Shown: positions 35,070 through 48,700 of the stretch, piece by piece | Layout of the letters: each line of letters starts with the position of its first letter | How positions within the stretch are numbered: the first letter of the stretch is position 1 | Origin: Oopsacas minuta | Taxonomy: Eukaryota; Animalia; Porifera | Assembly (NCBI GenBank): GCA_024704765.1 | Contig: JAKMXF010000310.1 | Location: forward strand, 869,999-933,998 | Reading direction: 5' to 3' | Length of the DNA: 64,000 nt | Made by a program: the position numbers and the translations under genes | Notes under the pieces: model-generated | What the model was told of the DNA's origin: nothing | Database searches by the model: none | The model's input: the letters and a program-made list of their open reading frames with translations, nothing else

Positions 35070-36239
35070 GATAATGCTAGTGCACATGGACGAATAATAT
35101 AATCGTATCCAACATAATAGATGTAACTGGTTATTGATAGAAGACACTGGAAATTTACTTGATACATTTTATTAAGTAAATTCGTACTTTGAACGTAACA
35201 TACAAGGGCGGCGGAAGGTGCTAATTAGCGGTCAGGCCATTGGCTTAATCTCCTGTAAAGTCGAGCCCGACCATACAATAGGACAAGCAATGGCAAAAAG
35301 TTGTCAGCTCATAGTTTGGCTGGCCTGACCGTTTCCGCCGCCCCTGCATACATTATAACCATCAGATTCAGGATATCGAATCATATCCCATCACCTTGCA
35401 ACAAGATTTATGTAGCTCTTCCGTGAGCCCACCTTGCACTAATAAATAACATTGCAACCATGTATACACTGCCTAGACAAAAACCAACCAATTCACCACA
35501 CCATAGACAGGCGCAGCTCTTGACTAGTATCGCAACATAAAGAACAAAGTAGCAGCTATGCAATTAATTAACACACACACAGTAGGAAAGAAGAATAAAT
35601 GCTCGGACTGAAACCAAATACAAAGCGTCTTCTGTAAATGAATTACTTGTGAGATTCCATTAACAATTTAGCAGAGATTAAAAGAATCCTTAAAATAGTT
35701 TGGACACACAACCTGAGACCCGTGCCTTTCTGTTACTATAATATAGACACCTGAAGGAGGTGCTCGTTATGTCCCGTTTGAACTAATGAGACCTGTTACA
35801 TAGATTTCGTAGTCATCTGTATTAACGGACCATGGATTACCATAGATTTCGGAGACATGTGTGTTATCATAACATGGATATTTACAAGTTTAAACTGTAG
35901 TATAGTCGAAATCGGGGTTGTTTGCTCCGCAAAATGCACGTGAAAAAGGCAAAAATCCAATTCAATCACATAAACACCTTTCAGTTACTTACAGCATGAA
36001 AGGGAGATATACTGCGCTGGAATATTGGTCAGTGATGTAGAGATAATGGCAGCATCAGCAAATCACAGACACAAATTTATGTAGCTAACAACATTTATAC
36101 AAGCATCGGAACTCTTGAGACAAGATGGAGTTTAATAGGACAAGGGAGAATGTAGAAGTAACCCCTCCACTATCTAAATATTCAAATTTTGAGAAACACT
36201 GTGAGCCTGTAGTCGCAATGCTTAATAGCGAGAGACTAT

Positions 36240-36500
36240 AATAGAGCAATATTGTCCCGAAATATATAATATTTCCTAAATCTAAGAGGTTAAATGATCC
36301 ATGGTTTGATAATACAATTGTCTCTAAAGTCTATGGTAAGTTTCATCAATGGTCCGTTAATATAGATGTCTCCGAAATCTATGCGTACTATCAAATCTAT
36401 ACAACCGACCTATAGTTGCCGTAGAAGAGCTCTATAATCATTTTGGTGTTGCTATTGATGAGAACACAAATTTTATGAAGGTTGCTGAAGATATAATTAT
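36240..36500 (+). pseudogene. Possible non-LTR retrotransposon RT remnant
   Basis: Fragments KRLNDPWFD and FGVAIDENTNF (cf. LGVxIDxxLxW); heavily degraded. Confidence 0.3.
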
Positions 36501-38415
36501 TAAATATCCTAGAATCTCAATCTTCTCAGAACACTTGATAAATACCTTCACACATCAAGACATGATAGAGCCATAAGGTATAGCTATACACGGATATAAT
36601 ATGTACGTAACGGATTTAGAAGTATAAGTAGACCTATTGTTCCATTTTAATTTGAACCAGATAATCGTATAGTCGCTACTTTTGGGAGTGGTAAAGGATC
36701 TGCTGATGATCAGTTCATTTCTCTTACAGTCACTGTATGAGACAAGTAACAACGGTGATTCGTTAATATTTAGCAGACTGTCACAAGAATAACCAAAATC
36801 ATTGATTCATTCTTACATTTATACTTCAAAACCGATAAAACACATCAAACAATGAAATTACCTCGTGACGTTAAGCTGAAGTATACTATGTCAATAATCC
36901 TTGATGTATACTTTCACGCGGGAAAGATGAAACGCTCCCTAGTTACAGGAGGTAAAGAATGCAAAGCAAATAATCTTTCTTCTGTCTGGAAGCTAACTAC
37001 AATTTGCTAATCAGTGATTTCTCAGATAATAAAGTGATAATATTCTCTAAGATAGAAATTTCTTCCACACCCTCAAGTGATAGGGCAATGAAGAAGGAAA
37101 GTTTGTACACTCAGCAAGAATAAATCTAACCAAATCTAAATTCAGTAATTGTTATCAAATTAAAATCTTTATTCGAGTTAGACTGATATTTAAGAAAAAC
37201 TAGTCAGGGGGACGAGCCTGTGCACATGTAATCGTGGATGAGACAAAGTAATTTACATTACAAAACTTAATATAAATACCTAAGGTCCCATAACTCCCAT
37301 TAAGTTACGTTTCCATTGTTTTCGTTCGGATCCCAGATTACCCAGAAATGATAAACTCTCATCGGACTTTGGGGAGACCAAAGATGGCATGACAGCACCA
37401 TTTCTAATTAAGAAAAGTGTGAATTAAGAGAGATAATTAATACTACAAATTGTAAGGAATTAATTACTATGCTTTTCGTTTATTGAACTGCACGGCACCA
37501 CGAGATCTCTGCTTGAATCTTTCTCTCTCAGCCTCTCGGGCTGATGCCTGAGCCAATGATGGTTTTCCTGATTTCCCACCTAAAAACACACATACTTAAA
37601 CGTATTTGTCATGAGTCGTATAAATAATGAAAAATAAAGGTTTATGCCCTTAAAGATGCTATGAATAGGTTCTGCATGATCTAGTACTTGAGGTACAACT
37701 TTGTTTATTTATATATTCATGGGTAGATTGATTCTTTGAACGCGAGCACATGCAGCGAGAAATATCTTGTGGGTGTGCAGGGTTCTAGCCAATACAAATG
37801 AGAATGAGAGCTCCATACAGGGATATGACACAAATAGGTTTGTACTTGGCAGGTATGCATATCACTAAAATTGAATTTACGCATGAAGGTTTGTATTGAT
37901 TATAGAAACGTTTTTGAAATATGTTCAGAATTTCTGACAAGTATCTGGTAAAGAGAGTCATAATTTAGTAAACATGGGCCCAATCAAGGCCCGGACACCG
38001 GAGATTTTGCCCCCTGCCCCGCCCGTGGCGACGTCCCTGAGTTTTATATAGAGTTCTTGCTTGTTGACCCAGATTCTTTCTTCGTATTCGTTATGACTGG
38101 TTTCATCTGTTGTCTTAGAGAATGTATTACCTGCATGACTAGTAATTTCCGAGGATTCCCAAAACACTAGGGATTGCACCCCTCCCGTCGGTAAATCACT
38201 CGGTCCCCAAACGCTTATTCGAGAAAAGGCAGTATATTCTCTAAAATATTATTCGAAGGGTACTAATCTTGCCTCCTGCGTACATTCTCCAGTTGAAATA
38301 TATTTAAATACAACTCAACTAAGAAACAGTTTACCTCAAGGCATGTGATTCTGAAGGTAACTAAACAATCACATTGCAGTTATTGTGTGAGTGCATCCCG
38401 ACTCCCGTCACGGAG

Positions 38416-38730
38416 CTATCTAGCAAGCAATGTGAGTAATAAATAAATAAAAACTAAACCTTTAGTTTGCATCCGTTTGAACATCGGTGCATTCTTCAGC
38501 ATGTCAGGAAGAATTAGGAAGCGAATTTGAGACCCTCTTATGAAAACTTGTTCCAGTTTTGTTACCCTACCATCACGAGCTGTACAGGTAACAGAAATTA
38601 TTTGACAGTTCATATTGTCTTCAGCCTCTAGGAGCTTTCCCCTATACACTACCCCAGAGACAGTTTCACACGTTACAATGTGCCCCTCTGCCTCATGAAG
38701 GAGTTTAACTGGAACCCCAAGTTGTGCCAT
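38416..38730 (-). CDS. SNRPD3: Small nuclear ribonucleoprotein Sm D3; 3' end unresolved (probable intron after TKG)
   Basis: [19 protein letters not shown]...[15 protein letters not shown]...[22 protein letters not shown]. Confidence 0.93.
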   Translation of the reverse strand: MAQLGVPVKLLHEAEGHIVTCETVSGVVYRGKLLEAEDNMNCQIISVTCTARDGRVTKLEQVFIRGSQIRFLILPDMLKNAPMFKRMQTKGLVFIYLLLTLLAR

Positions 38731-41151
38731 ATAACCAATCAAATGACTAGGTAGCTAGGTGATAAATGTAGGTTTAAAATAACTTATTATTAAAAAGATA
38801 AGGCCTGATCCACTGCTTTGGACCAGGGATAACAGGAATTAGAGTTTTCTATAGTTTAATATACCATAAAATGTGTATTTCCGATTCATTCAAGTGTCAA
38901 ATGTGACAAGGATTATTTATTACAATATAATCAACTAGCAGATACTATTCTAAATGCATTGATTTGTTTATGTTAAAATTCTCTAAAATACACACACACA
39001 TTATTTTGTACTAAGTTTAGGATCTTTCTTCCAGGTTCTTTTGATTGGCTGTGCTGCAAAAACAATTAATATTCTTTGCCTTATTATTTAGTATGCAATT
39101 ACTTGCAGTTCAATACATGTTATAGTATCGACTTTTCCTTCAGTAAAATAGTGAGTACATCCAAGTCCAATCATCACTGTCTTCACTTCCGAATTCTTTA
39201 AATTCTAATGATACTCTACTAATTTCCGAGCTGATGGAAAAACCGTTGGAAGTGCTTATAGCGATTTTTATTCCTTTTCGAAATAGAGAAGTTATACTCG
39301 ATCTCCAACAATTTTTGCATGGACTAAATGATACTTTTGTAACCCTTGCCACACCAAGTCTCATAGCTGGATACAGATTCAAATTGACTACTCAATGTTC
39401 AAAGGTGGCATTGATAAATTGGGGAGTTTTCAAGAATGTTGAGGAATACTAACGTGGACAGGAGAAGATGATATCACATTCATTGATAATGTAGAAATAC
39501 TGGAGAAGTTGTCAGATTTCCACAATTATTGCCACGGTAGGCAACAACAAACTGACATGTTACATAGAGAGGTTAGAGAGAACGCAATAGTTGATCTGGA
39601 TAATATCATTCCAGACATGCCAATGGCCATGGATAGCTCTATCTTTTTATCTGAGAATGACCCACAAGAAGAAAACATTAACTCTTCAATTGACAATTCC
39701 TCCGAAGCAATTGATGTAACAACTATAAATTATTCTGCACTTGCTGAAAACTCAGATTATAAACTAATAAAATCATCGAAAGGCCGGGTAACTGTCATAC
39801 AGTGGCTATATTTTCAATTTCCAACGTGAATCAAATAGTAAACAACAATGGCGTTGTCGAATAAAGAACTGCAAAGACCGTATTCACACAATTGCAACAT
39901 CTATATTGAAAATTATAGGCCAACATTGCCATGGGGAAGATATGGGCAAAGAAGAAGTTCTGGAATTTCGTGCTGACGTCAAGAGACGTGCTCTAGAATC
40001 CCACGATAATCCTCACCGTATTATTGCAGAAGCGTCAGGAAACCTTTCTCAAATTGCGAAAACTCTTCTACTCCGTTAAAAAAGCTTAAAAAAATCTGCA
40101 AAGAATACGACCTTCGCCAACTAACCTTACCGATCTTTTTGATCTCCACGTGGATGAAAATATCCAAACTTTAGGTAGAAATAGTTTCTTAGCTTATGAT
40201 TCTGGGCCAGGAATAGATAGAATTATCATGTTCGCTACTGAAGAAAAGAAAAAAATTCTTTCATTTTCTAGTATTCGGATGGCAGATGGCACGTTTAAGG
40301 TCGTTCCTAGCCTATTTGCACAACTGTATACAGTACATGCTTTAGTTGGAGGAGTTTACTCATTCCGAGATGGACACTTATTGCCATCTATTTACATACT
40401 ACTTCCGGGAAAGAGCTCTTTTTACTATCGTAAAATGTGGCAGATCATTAAACAGCTGTGTCCAGATTCAAATCCACAGTACTTGTTGGTTGACTTCGAA
40501 AGAGCTGCAATAAAAACATTTACCGAAATCTGGCCAAGGACATTCATTAAGGGTTATTTTTTTCATCTCTCACAATCTGTTTATAGAAAGGTACAAGATT
40601 CAGGAATGAAGACATTATATTCTAATAATATCGAATTCCAATAACTGTTAGGATGTTAACAGCATTGGCTTACTTACCTAAAATTGTTCTTACAGCATTC
40701 GAAACCCTTAAAGTCCCAATTTTCTACTGAAGCACTAATAGTGTATATATATTTTCAAGACACCTATGTTGGAAAAAAGATGAACACAGCCTTTATCATC
40801 CACCATTATTTTAATTCCAATGTGGAACAATTACCATCTGGTGGCATATGGGATACCTACTACCAGTGGCGGCGGACGGGGGGGGCGAACGTGCGGTCGC
40901 CCCCCCCTCATGTCACAGAAAATATCCCAAAGATTTGCTTGTAGACTTACTACTATTTGGTCAAATGAAGCCCGCTATCTGGGATTTGTAAACAATTGTA
41001 TTTAATGAATAACAATATATCACTATTGCTTTTCATGTTATTGTTGAAGACTTACTATAAGCGAGTAAACATAACAAAGTAGTCCTGTATATATTATTAT
41101 AACAATCAATTTAACCAGTTTTGTTGCTGCCATTAGAAGAATTATTATACG

Positions 41152-43498
41152 ATGAAACGCAAACTTCGTGACTTTTACGATCCACAGCCTGTAGAGCATC
41201 AAATCACCAATGTCGAGACAGCAGAAACAGAAATTCCCGAAATGGTAGCCGCAGGAATCACAACCCCAACGATGACTGATGGAGGTGCAACCACGAATGA
41301 CATTGGAATTGTCATTGGAAAAACTGCCGATTTATCCGATCATGATAGACTGAATCTGCTTAACAACGCGTTTGTGCCCAGCATTGGTTTTGATTGGCCT
41401 TATCAAAACAGGACAAGCAAAGGAAAGGTCGAAAAACGGTATCTCAAGAAAGAACATTTCGATCGGTGCAGATTTCTAACGTTTTCTCTGGCAAAGGGGG
41501 GATTGTTCTGCCGATATTGTGTATTATTTCCCGTACAAAGCAAAGGAAATAAGTATGAATCTTTCATTATCAAGCCATTTACAAACTACGCTCGGTTGTT
41601 CGGATACAAGGAGCAGTTAACAACCATACAACCACGGACTACCATCGATGTTCGATTGTAAAAGCAGATGAATTTCTGAAGCGTTCAAAAGATAGATCAA
41701 TGAGGATTGAGAACATTCTAAATTCAAATCGGGTACAACAAATAAAGGATAATCGCGATCGCCTTAAGCCTATAATAAAGTCAATACTATTCTGCGGCAG
41801 AAACGGGCTTGCTTTGAGAGGACACCGAGACAATGGCGATTTGACCCTTGATCAGCCAACAGATAATGATGGCAACTTGCGCGCTTTGTTACGATTTCGA
41901 GCGGACTCTGGAGATATGGTCGTTGCCGATAAAATACTAACAGCTCCCAAAAATGCACGATATCTGCACCACGAAATTCAAAATGAAATAATACATATTT
42001 GTGGAGATCAGATTCTTGAGATACTACTAAAACGAATAAATGACAGTTGTTTTTTCTCAGTACTAGCTGACGAAACAACCGATATAAGTGGTGTAGAACG
42101 AATGAACATCTGTTTGGGATACTTTTACAACAGCAGTATATGTGAAGACTTTCTGACATTTTTGCCAGTTTACGATTTGACTGGAAAAGCTCTCGCGAAA
42201 TCCATATTAGACACTCTTAAAGGCTATAACCTCAACCTAGAAAAATTGATCGGACAGGGATACGACGGTGTGAGTGCCATGTCAGGAGAATTTAAAGGTG
42301 TACAATCCGAAATAAGGAGAGAATGCCCAACTGCTTCGTATGTACATTGTAGCTCACATTGTCTGAACCTTTCACTTTCTAAGGCATCAACGGTACAAGC
42401 AGTACGAAACACCGTTGGGACAATGAGTGAAGTGATAACATTTATCAACGCTTCGGCTAAGAGACTGCACTGTTTCATCGAGAAAGCTAAGGATACTCCT
42501 GATGCTGGCGCAAAGAAGCGTTTAATAAGGCTTTGCGAGACACGGTGGGTTGAAAGACACGAATCCGTCTCCAGATTTCGCAATTTCTTTGAGGAGATTA
42601 CCATGGTGTTGGAGGAGATATCAATGTGGCGTGATACAACTACATCGTCTAAAGCATGGACGTTCAAGGCATCAATACTGAAGCATGAGTTTGTCATTGC
42701 ACTGTTGACGATGGAAAACGTGTTGTCAGTCACTAAACCTGTTTCTGAGAAGCTTCAGACAGTGGACAAGGATATTATACAATGTTTATCAGAAATACAT
42801 TTGTGCGTCGATGTTCTAAAGATTAAACGTGAAAACGTGGATTCTGTCATGATAGAACTCCAAACGAAGCAGAAAAGATGTTAAAAGAAGAACTACAACA
42901 ACCGCGCATTACAGGACATCAACGAAATCGAGCTAACATGGCTGCTTTAAATCCAGGCGAGTACTACAAACGTTCGATATTAATACCCTACTTGGACAAA
43001 ATAATCAACGACCTCATTGACCGTTTTGACAAACACAACACATTGGCAATGAGAATTTCAGCGATATTGCCGTGCTACGTCGAAAAGTACGAATTTAGAG
43101 ACATTGAAGAAATAACAATATTTTACCAGAATTGCCGTCCATATTCAAATATTGAAGTGCGAGGGGAGTACGACAGGTGGCTTTTGAAATGGAAGAAGAT
43201 CCCGAAAATCAAGCGACCGATATGTCCCGTCGAAGCACTTGCCGAATGTGATCAAGACTTTTATCCAGCTATCTATTCATATTTAACAATCTACTGCTGC
43301 CTACCCACTACTACTGCATCAGCTGAGAGGACTTTTTCTACATTGAAATACCTCAAAAATTATTTGAGATCGACAACATCTGAAAAAAGACTTAATGGAC
43401 TTGCACGACTCTATATCCATAAAGACATTGAAGTAGACATTGAAAAAGTAATCGATACATTTTCACTTAAAAAACGAAATGTTGATTTTGTGTTGTAG
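41152..43498 (+). pseudogene. hAT transposase (DUF4371/THAP12-like + hATC) with two frameshifts (~41620, ~42860)
   Basis: GLALRGH, FSVLADETTD, GQGYDG, YVHCSSHCLNL, ETRW, TTASAERTFSTL...RLNGL. Confidence 0.9.
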
Positions 43499-43663
43499 CA
43501 TTACATGAATTACCTAAGTATTTGTCACAGTTCCTGTTACACATAAACCTACTTGAGTTCAATTTTTTGATATACTATAATATGTAGACAGTCTAGCACT
43601 GATACAATATTCCTAAAGAGTATCCTCTCATTCCAAAATGTGAGTGGATGATATACTTTGCAC

Positions 43664-43957
43664 CAGTGATCTTCAAACTGGGATACGCGAGGCTTCTCAT
43701 GGGGGTACGCCAGCTCTCTTTGGGACGAGTCGGTAATGTATGTACGTAATAACTCAGCATCCAGTAAAAATATTTATTCAACCATAATTGTTTCTGACTA
43801 AAAGTACGCTAGGTAAGTATTGTTATTGCCTTCGTTATTTACACTTACTTAAGAAATGTAATACTATATGTAAAAATTAGATGTTGGGAATTTGGGGGTA
43901 CGAGTAAAGTTAAAAAATAGCTGGGGGTACGCTGAGAAAAAAGTTTGAAGACCACTG
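43664..43957. mobile_element. hAT (Charlie-like) MITE nested in the hAT 3' region
   Basis: TIR CAGTGATCTTCAAACT/AGTTTGAAGACCACTG; 8-bp TSD CTTTGCAC/CTTTACAC (7/8). Confidence 0.85.
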
Positions 43958-44498
43958 CTTTACACCCTAGGTGTGAATTAGTAAACAATTAGATCCCTAT
44001 GTATTGGCAACCAATTTGACCGCCCCCCCTTGAAGAAATTCCTAGCGCCGCCACTGCCTACTACAACAAATTCAGTAGAAGCTTGGCATCGTGCCTTCTC
44101 ATCAACGGTTGCATCTCACCATCCTACCTTTTGGAAGTTTTGTGAAACGCTAAAAATAGAACAATCAAGCGTGGAACTTAAACAAGCACAGTATTATTCA
44201 GGCATGCCACCAACCACCGACCAAGTCTAAAAAAATCACTGGAAAGGGAATTCACATTAGTTGGATTAGTAATGAGCTATCACACGAGGCCTATCCATAC
44301 CTACCTTAAAAGTATTGCTTTTGAGGTGTCCCTTTAATTATCAAATCTTTCAGTATTGTTAGCATCTCCAATTTTAGAATTAGTATTATCGTCATTATTA
44401 TTTCTGTAGTATAGGTATTAGGTATTGATCCTTACTACCATATTTAAATAAATGACTTATCACGTTGATTTGTTACAGTTTATCAAGTATTACTGATA

Positions 44499-44902
44499 CA
44501 GTAGAACCTCTATAAACGGGGAAGTGGGGAATGGGGGGGGGCCTAGAGTTTCCAGAGGTTATTATTCTCATACAAAATGACCTCTATAATTGGGGGAGTA
44601 GAGATCATTTTCCCTCTATTTTTATCCTTATTTGTATTACTACACAAATTGACTGAAAAATCTAAGGGTGCTTAGGATGGTGAAAATTTTATACATATTT
44701 TTATCATATTTTTCTCTGTTTCATATCCAATTGTTGATTCTTAATACCTACACTCATCCCCAAAGTGTAATACTTACATTAACACCCTTAATAGACGAGG
44801 CAATTTGAAAAACATGCACTTCATAATGCAAATTATAACCGGGAAAGGGGAGCAAATCAGGTTTTCCCCGTCCCATGCTCCCCATTTATAGAGGTTCCAC
44901 TG
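44499..44902. mobile_element. pogo/Tigger-type MITE
   Basis: TA|CAGTAGAACCTCTATAAACGGG...CCCATTTATAGAGGTTCCACTG|TA. Confidence 0.85.
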
Positions 44903-45770
44903 TACAGTGATACTAAGCCAGTGAGCCCTCTACCCACTCCTCCAGGCACTTACAAAAAGGCACGTACAAAAATATTCGTACACAAACATCGCACTAGCTT
45001 TGTACACAACTGTCTCCCTCCGGATTAATAGTATGTTCAGCTACATTCGTTTCATCAAAAATCCTGAGAGCAAGCGGTGCACTCTGTCGTTCCAAACTAG
45101 ATGGTCAACAAGTCTTGTATGTCAACCGTGGAGCAATCTTTTCTACGGAAATTTTTTCTAGTTTATAGAGTAACATCAAATCCTATAAAATACGAATGAA
45201 AGACTATTCTATTGTATCCAGTTCGTATATTAAATTTTGTTATCTTGAAAACCGCTTTTAACAAAATAAATGGAATTGTAGATATCTTGAAAGCATGGAA
45301 ATAATTGAATAGTCGACGTATCGACCACACATAGCGACTATGAACTTAGATTATATATTAGATTCTTATAGGCTAGACCATTACATTCATTTGTTGTTTA
45401 TTCTAAACTCTATAATTCTACCATTTCTAATTGTTAGCTATCCTTGCTTTTGGGTGATCACTTATTGAAGCGTGACATAATTATAGAGTAAAAAGCAAGC
45501 AAATTTTGCAGTCTAAACTCTAAAGCAAGCAATTCTATTAATATTATTGTGTCTGGTTGATAATATATTCTTCTCCATAGGATTGGGCTTTGTAGCCAAA
45601 AATATTCTAACTTTGTCAGCTTTCATCCGATTTAGGATTTCTTTCGATTAATGTTCTTCTCTGAACATACTCTATTCAAATCTATTAACACTGATTTTAT
45701 ATATCTTAAGGGAAATTTTGGTTACAAGGAGATTATCATAGCAGGGCAGATATGAAGGGTATAGACCCGG

Positions 45771-48700
45771 TGTGGTAGTGTCATGTGTCCTCCCTAAATT
45801 CTGTCCCCCCGGACTAGTGGCACTAGGGCCAAATGTCCCCCGGACTAGTGACACTAGGGCAAGGAGTCCCGCCGACGAATGGCACTAGTGTGGAGTGTCC
45901 CCTCGGACCTCTGACACTAGGGTAAGTAGTCCCCACTTTGGGTCAGATGTCCCCCAGCGGACCTCTGGCACTAGTGCGGATTTATCCAAAGATATTATCT
46001 ACTTTCTAAATACCTTTGTATTGTACTAGTGAAACCTATTTCAAATTCAAATATTTCTACTCAGTTTGCTACTACGATCTTTCTCTGCCATCTCTTCGTG
46101 CACTTTCGACATGGCTTTTTTGAAGAAGGGAACAGAGTCATGTTCAATTGTTCTAGACAGCTGTGCAGATGTATCCTCATCTGAGTTTGATCAAAGGAGC
46201 ACGTATGAGGGTCAATGCCTTGGCATAGTGCTGTAGCAAAGGCTATAGAAAATAGTCCACAATCTGTTCCCCCTGATTGTCTTTGAGTTTCAACAAAATG
46301 TAGTTCAAAACTGCGTTCAGTTGTTTTAATTCTTGAGGCCACTTGTTTTCTCAAAGATAACGAACCCAGAGAACATGCTGGAATGCTATCATAAACATCC
46401 ACAATTCCAGGTAGACAATTAAAGCTTGAGACACAGACCCAGTGTGTCCTACCTAAGTTGACAATCTGGACAAATGAGATTGAAGTTGATTTATATGAAA
46501 GCTTTTCTGCAAGCATGAGGGGATCTTCAAGCCCATTTGTAAGTGGGTGCTGGTTTTTCAACAATTTTTGAGCCGCAACAATGTGTTTATCTGTCAGCCA
46601 AAGTCCATTTAGTATTTCTAGCTCATCAGTTGGGCTGAGATACAGATTGTGCACCCAGAATGGAGATGGTGATGGAGGACTTGAAGATATTGTACCGTTT
46701 ATTGACTCCTATTAAAGAAGGTAGAATTTATTCGTGTAAGGGGGACTATCAGGTGATTTTATGAAATTGTGTATATTCTAACGGATAATTTCTCGATTTA
46801 GAGTTCAGAATGAAAATTTTAAACTAAAGAGAAGCTACACAAACCATTTTGTATCAACCATGATTATTGAGGTTGAATTGTTTGCGTTGATTGTCCTAAA
46901 TTTATATAGAATGATTACTTACGTTGTCTTTTCTGTCAACAGAAATGACAAGTTCTTCTTTCGGTTCCTTCTCACACAGTTCGTTTTCAGACTCTACAAT
47001 TCCAGTTTGCATCGCTCTTTGTTTTGAATATCTGTAGCCTGATACATGATTCGATCTGATTTGAAATTTCTTCTTGCAGTACAACTTTAGACGGGAGATA
47101 TTCTGAGTTTTTTTGAGGAGAATTCCGGTTACACAATTGCGAAGCTTGTAAACCCTTCCCAATATCTTGAAAAATTTCATATGGTCCAAGATACCGCATT
47201 CGAAATTTATCACTCTTTCTTCCATCCTTAGCACTATTTCGAAGGAGAACTAGTGTACCTGGTTTAAAATTCTAGAGCAAAACATATAAACTGGTATGTA
47301 AATACTAAATAATTCTTAAGAAGACTTACTTTAGATTGCTTTTGTTTTTTATCATACTCATTCTTCTGTTTTTCCTGTCCCTCCTGGATATTCTTATCAA
47401 CCTTTCCATAAAGCGACTTCTTTATGTTATTCATCTGGCAAATAAATGCATCTATGTTAGGGTCCGCAGGGATATTTAGATATTCAGGCATAAAATCCAT
47501 CTCAATCGGCAGGATAGCTTCACTGTAGAATGTAATCGAGTTAAAAATTCTAGCATAGAACAGTTACAAATATCTCACCGAAGGTACATTATTTCGAAAG
47601 GCGATTTTTTTGTTGTCTTTTGTACAGATGTTCTATATGCAAATAGAACTCCATCAATGTACATATCCCAATTATCTTGTTCTTTTATTACAAGCTTTAG
47701 GAGAGCGCGTTGAATGGTCTGGTTAAATCGCTCAACTAAACCATTTGTTTGAGGGTGGTAGGCGGTAGAAATTCTATGAGTTGTTTTAGTTAGATCAAAT
47801 AGCTCTTGATTCACTTTGTTAACGAATTCTCTACCCTGATCGCTGATAACTACCTGAGTGCATCCAAACCGGCACATAGTCTTATAAAGAAAGAGAGCAA
47901 CACCTTTAGCACTCTTATCTGGTAATGCATCTGCTTCTGGCCACTTTGAGAAGTAATCAACCAGGGTAATAATGTATTTATTACCTCTTGGTGTCATTGT
48001 AAGTGGTCCAATCAAATCAACTCCCACCTATAAAAGTTAAAAAGACATCGATGTAAAATTAGAACGGTGCGAATGAAAATCGACAGAAGAACGTACCATT
48101 TTCCATACCTCTGGATCAACTTTTATCGGATGTAAGGGAGCTTTAGCCTTTATAAAATTTCCAGATTCATTCACTCTCTGACAAATGTCGCAAGCTGCAA
48201 CATATTTACGTACATCATTGTACATATTAGGCCAGTAAAAACGGGCTGCAACTTTTTCGTACGTTTTGTCTCGCCCAAAATGTCCACCTAGATAATTTTA
48301 AACTGTAAAAGAAATTACTTCTATGGAAGAAATTATAGTTCTATTACATTGTTGTAAATGAATTACTAATATACTCACCAAAGTCACTGGAATGGCAAGA
48401 TTCTAAAACCCTTTCTCCCTCATCGCATGAACGTACAACGGTTCTCCATGTTCTATCTAATGGGTTGGCTGATTTTAGTGCTTTCGTAGTGCTAACTGCA
48501 GAGTAGTGCAACAGGCCATCAGCTGTGAAGAAATGTTCATAACTTTTCCGACGAATAATTCGACGTTCGTTTTTGGAAGAATTTAAAGGATAGCGTTTAA
48601 AAGCTGAATATTCGTATATCTGATCATACAAAACTTCAAACATATTGTAGATAATCAAATGCAAGAAAATTGAGAAATTACAGTATAACTTCAAATGTAT

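Larger units (their letters stand above)
40864..44056 (+). mobile_element. hAT DNA transposon (3193 bp)
   Basis: 11-bp TIR CAGTGGCGGCG/CGCCGCCACTG; perfect 8-bp TSD CCTACTAC (40856-40863 and 44057-44064). Confidence 0.95.
39509..44337 (+). mobile_element. Degenerate Mutator (FLYWCH + MULE) transposase interrupted by a hAT
   Basis: FLYWCH-like WRCRIKNC...HCH; MADGTF...LYTVH; LVDFERA; FFHLSQ; WNNY...GIPTT|TNSVEAWH...HPTFWKF split exactly at the hAT TSD. Confidence 0.85.

Noticed and set aside
37958-38179. 73-aa ORF / RG-like text (GRRHGRGRG) as the SmD3 last exon
   Set aside because: The phase does not match the SmD3 donor, and the sequence looks like a GC-rich hAT-MITE terminus (CAGGGACGTCGCC).
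7235-45766. Inversion or composite transposon bounded by the two Ginger copies
   Set aside because: Copy A has its own perfect TSD and its flanks rejoin into one Tc1 ORF, so the flanks have not been exchanged.
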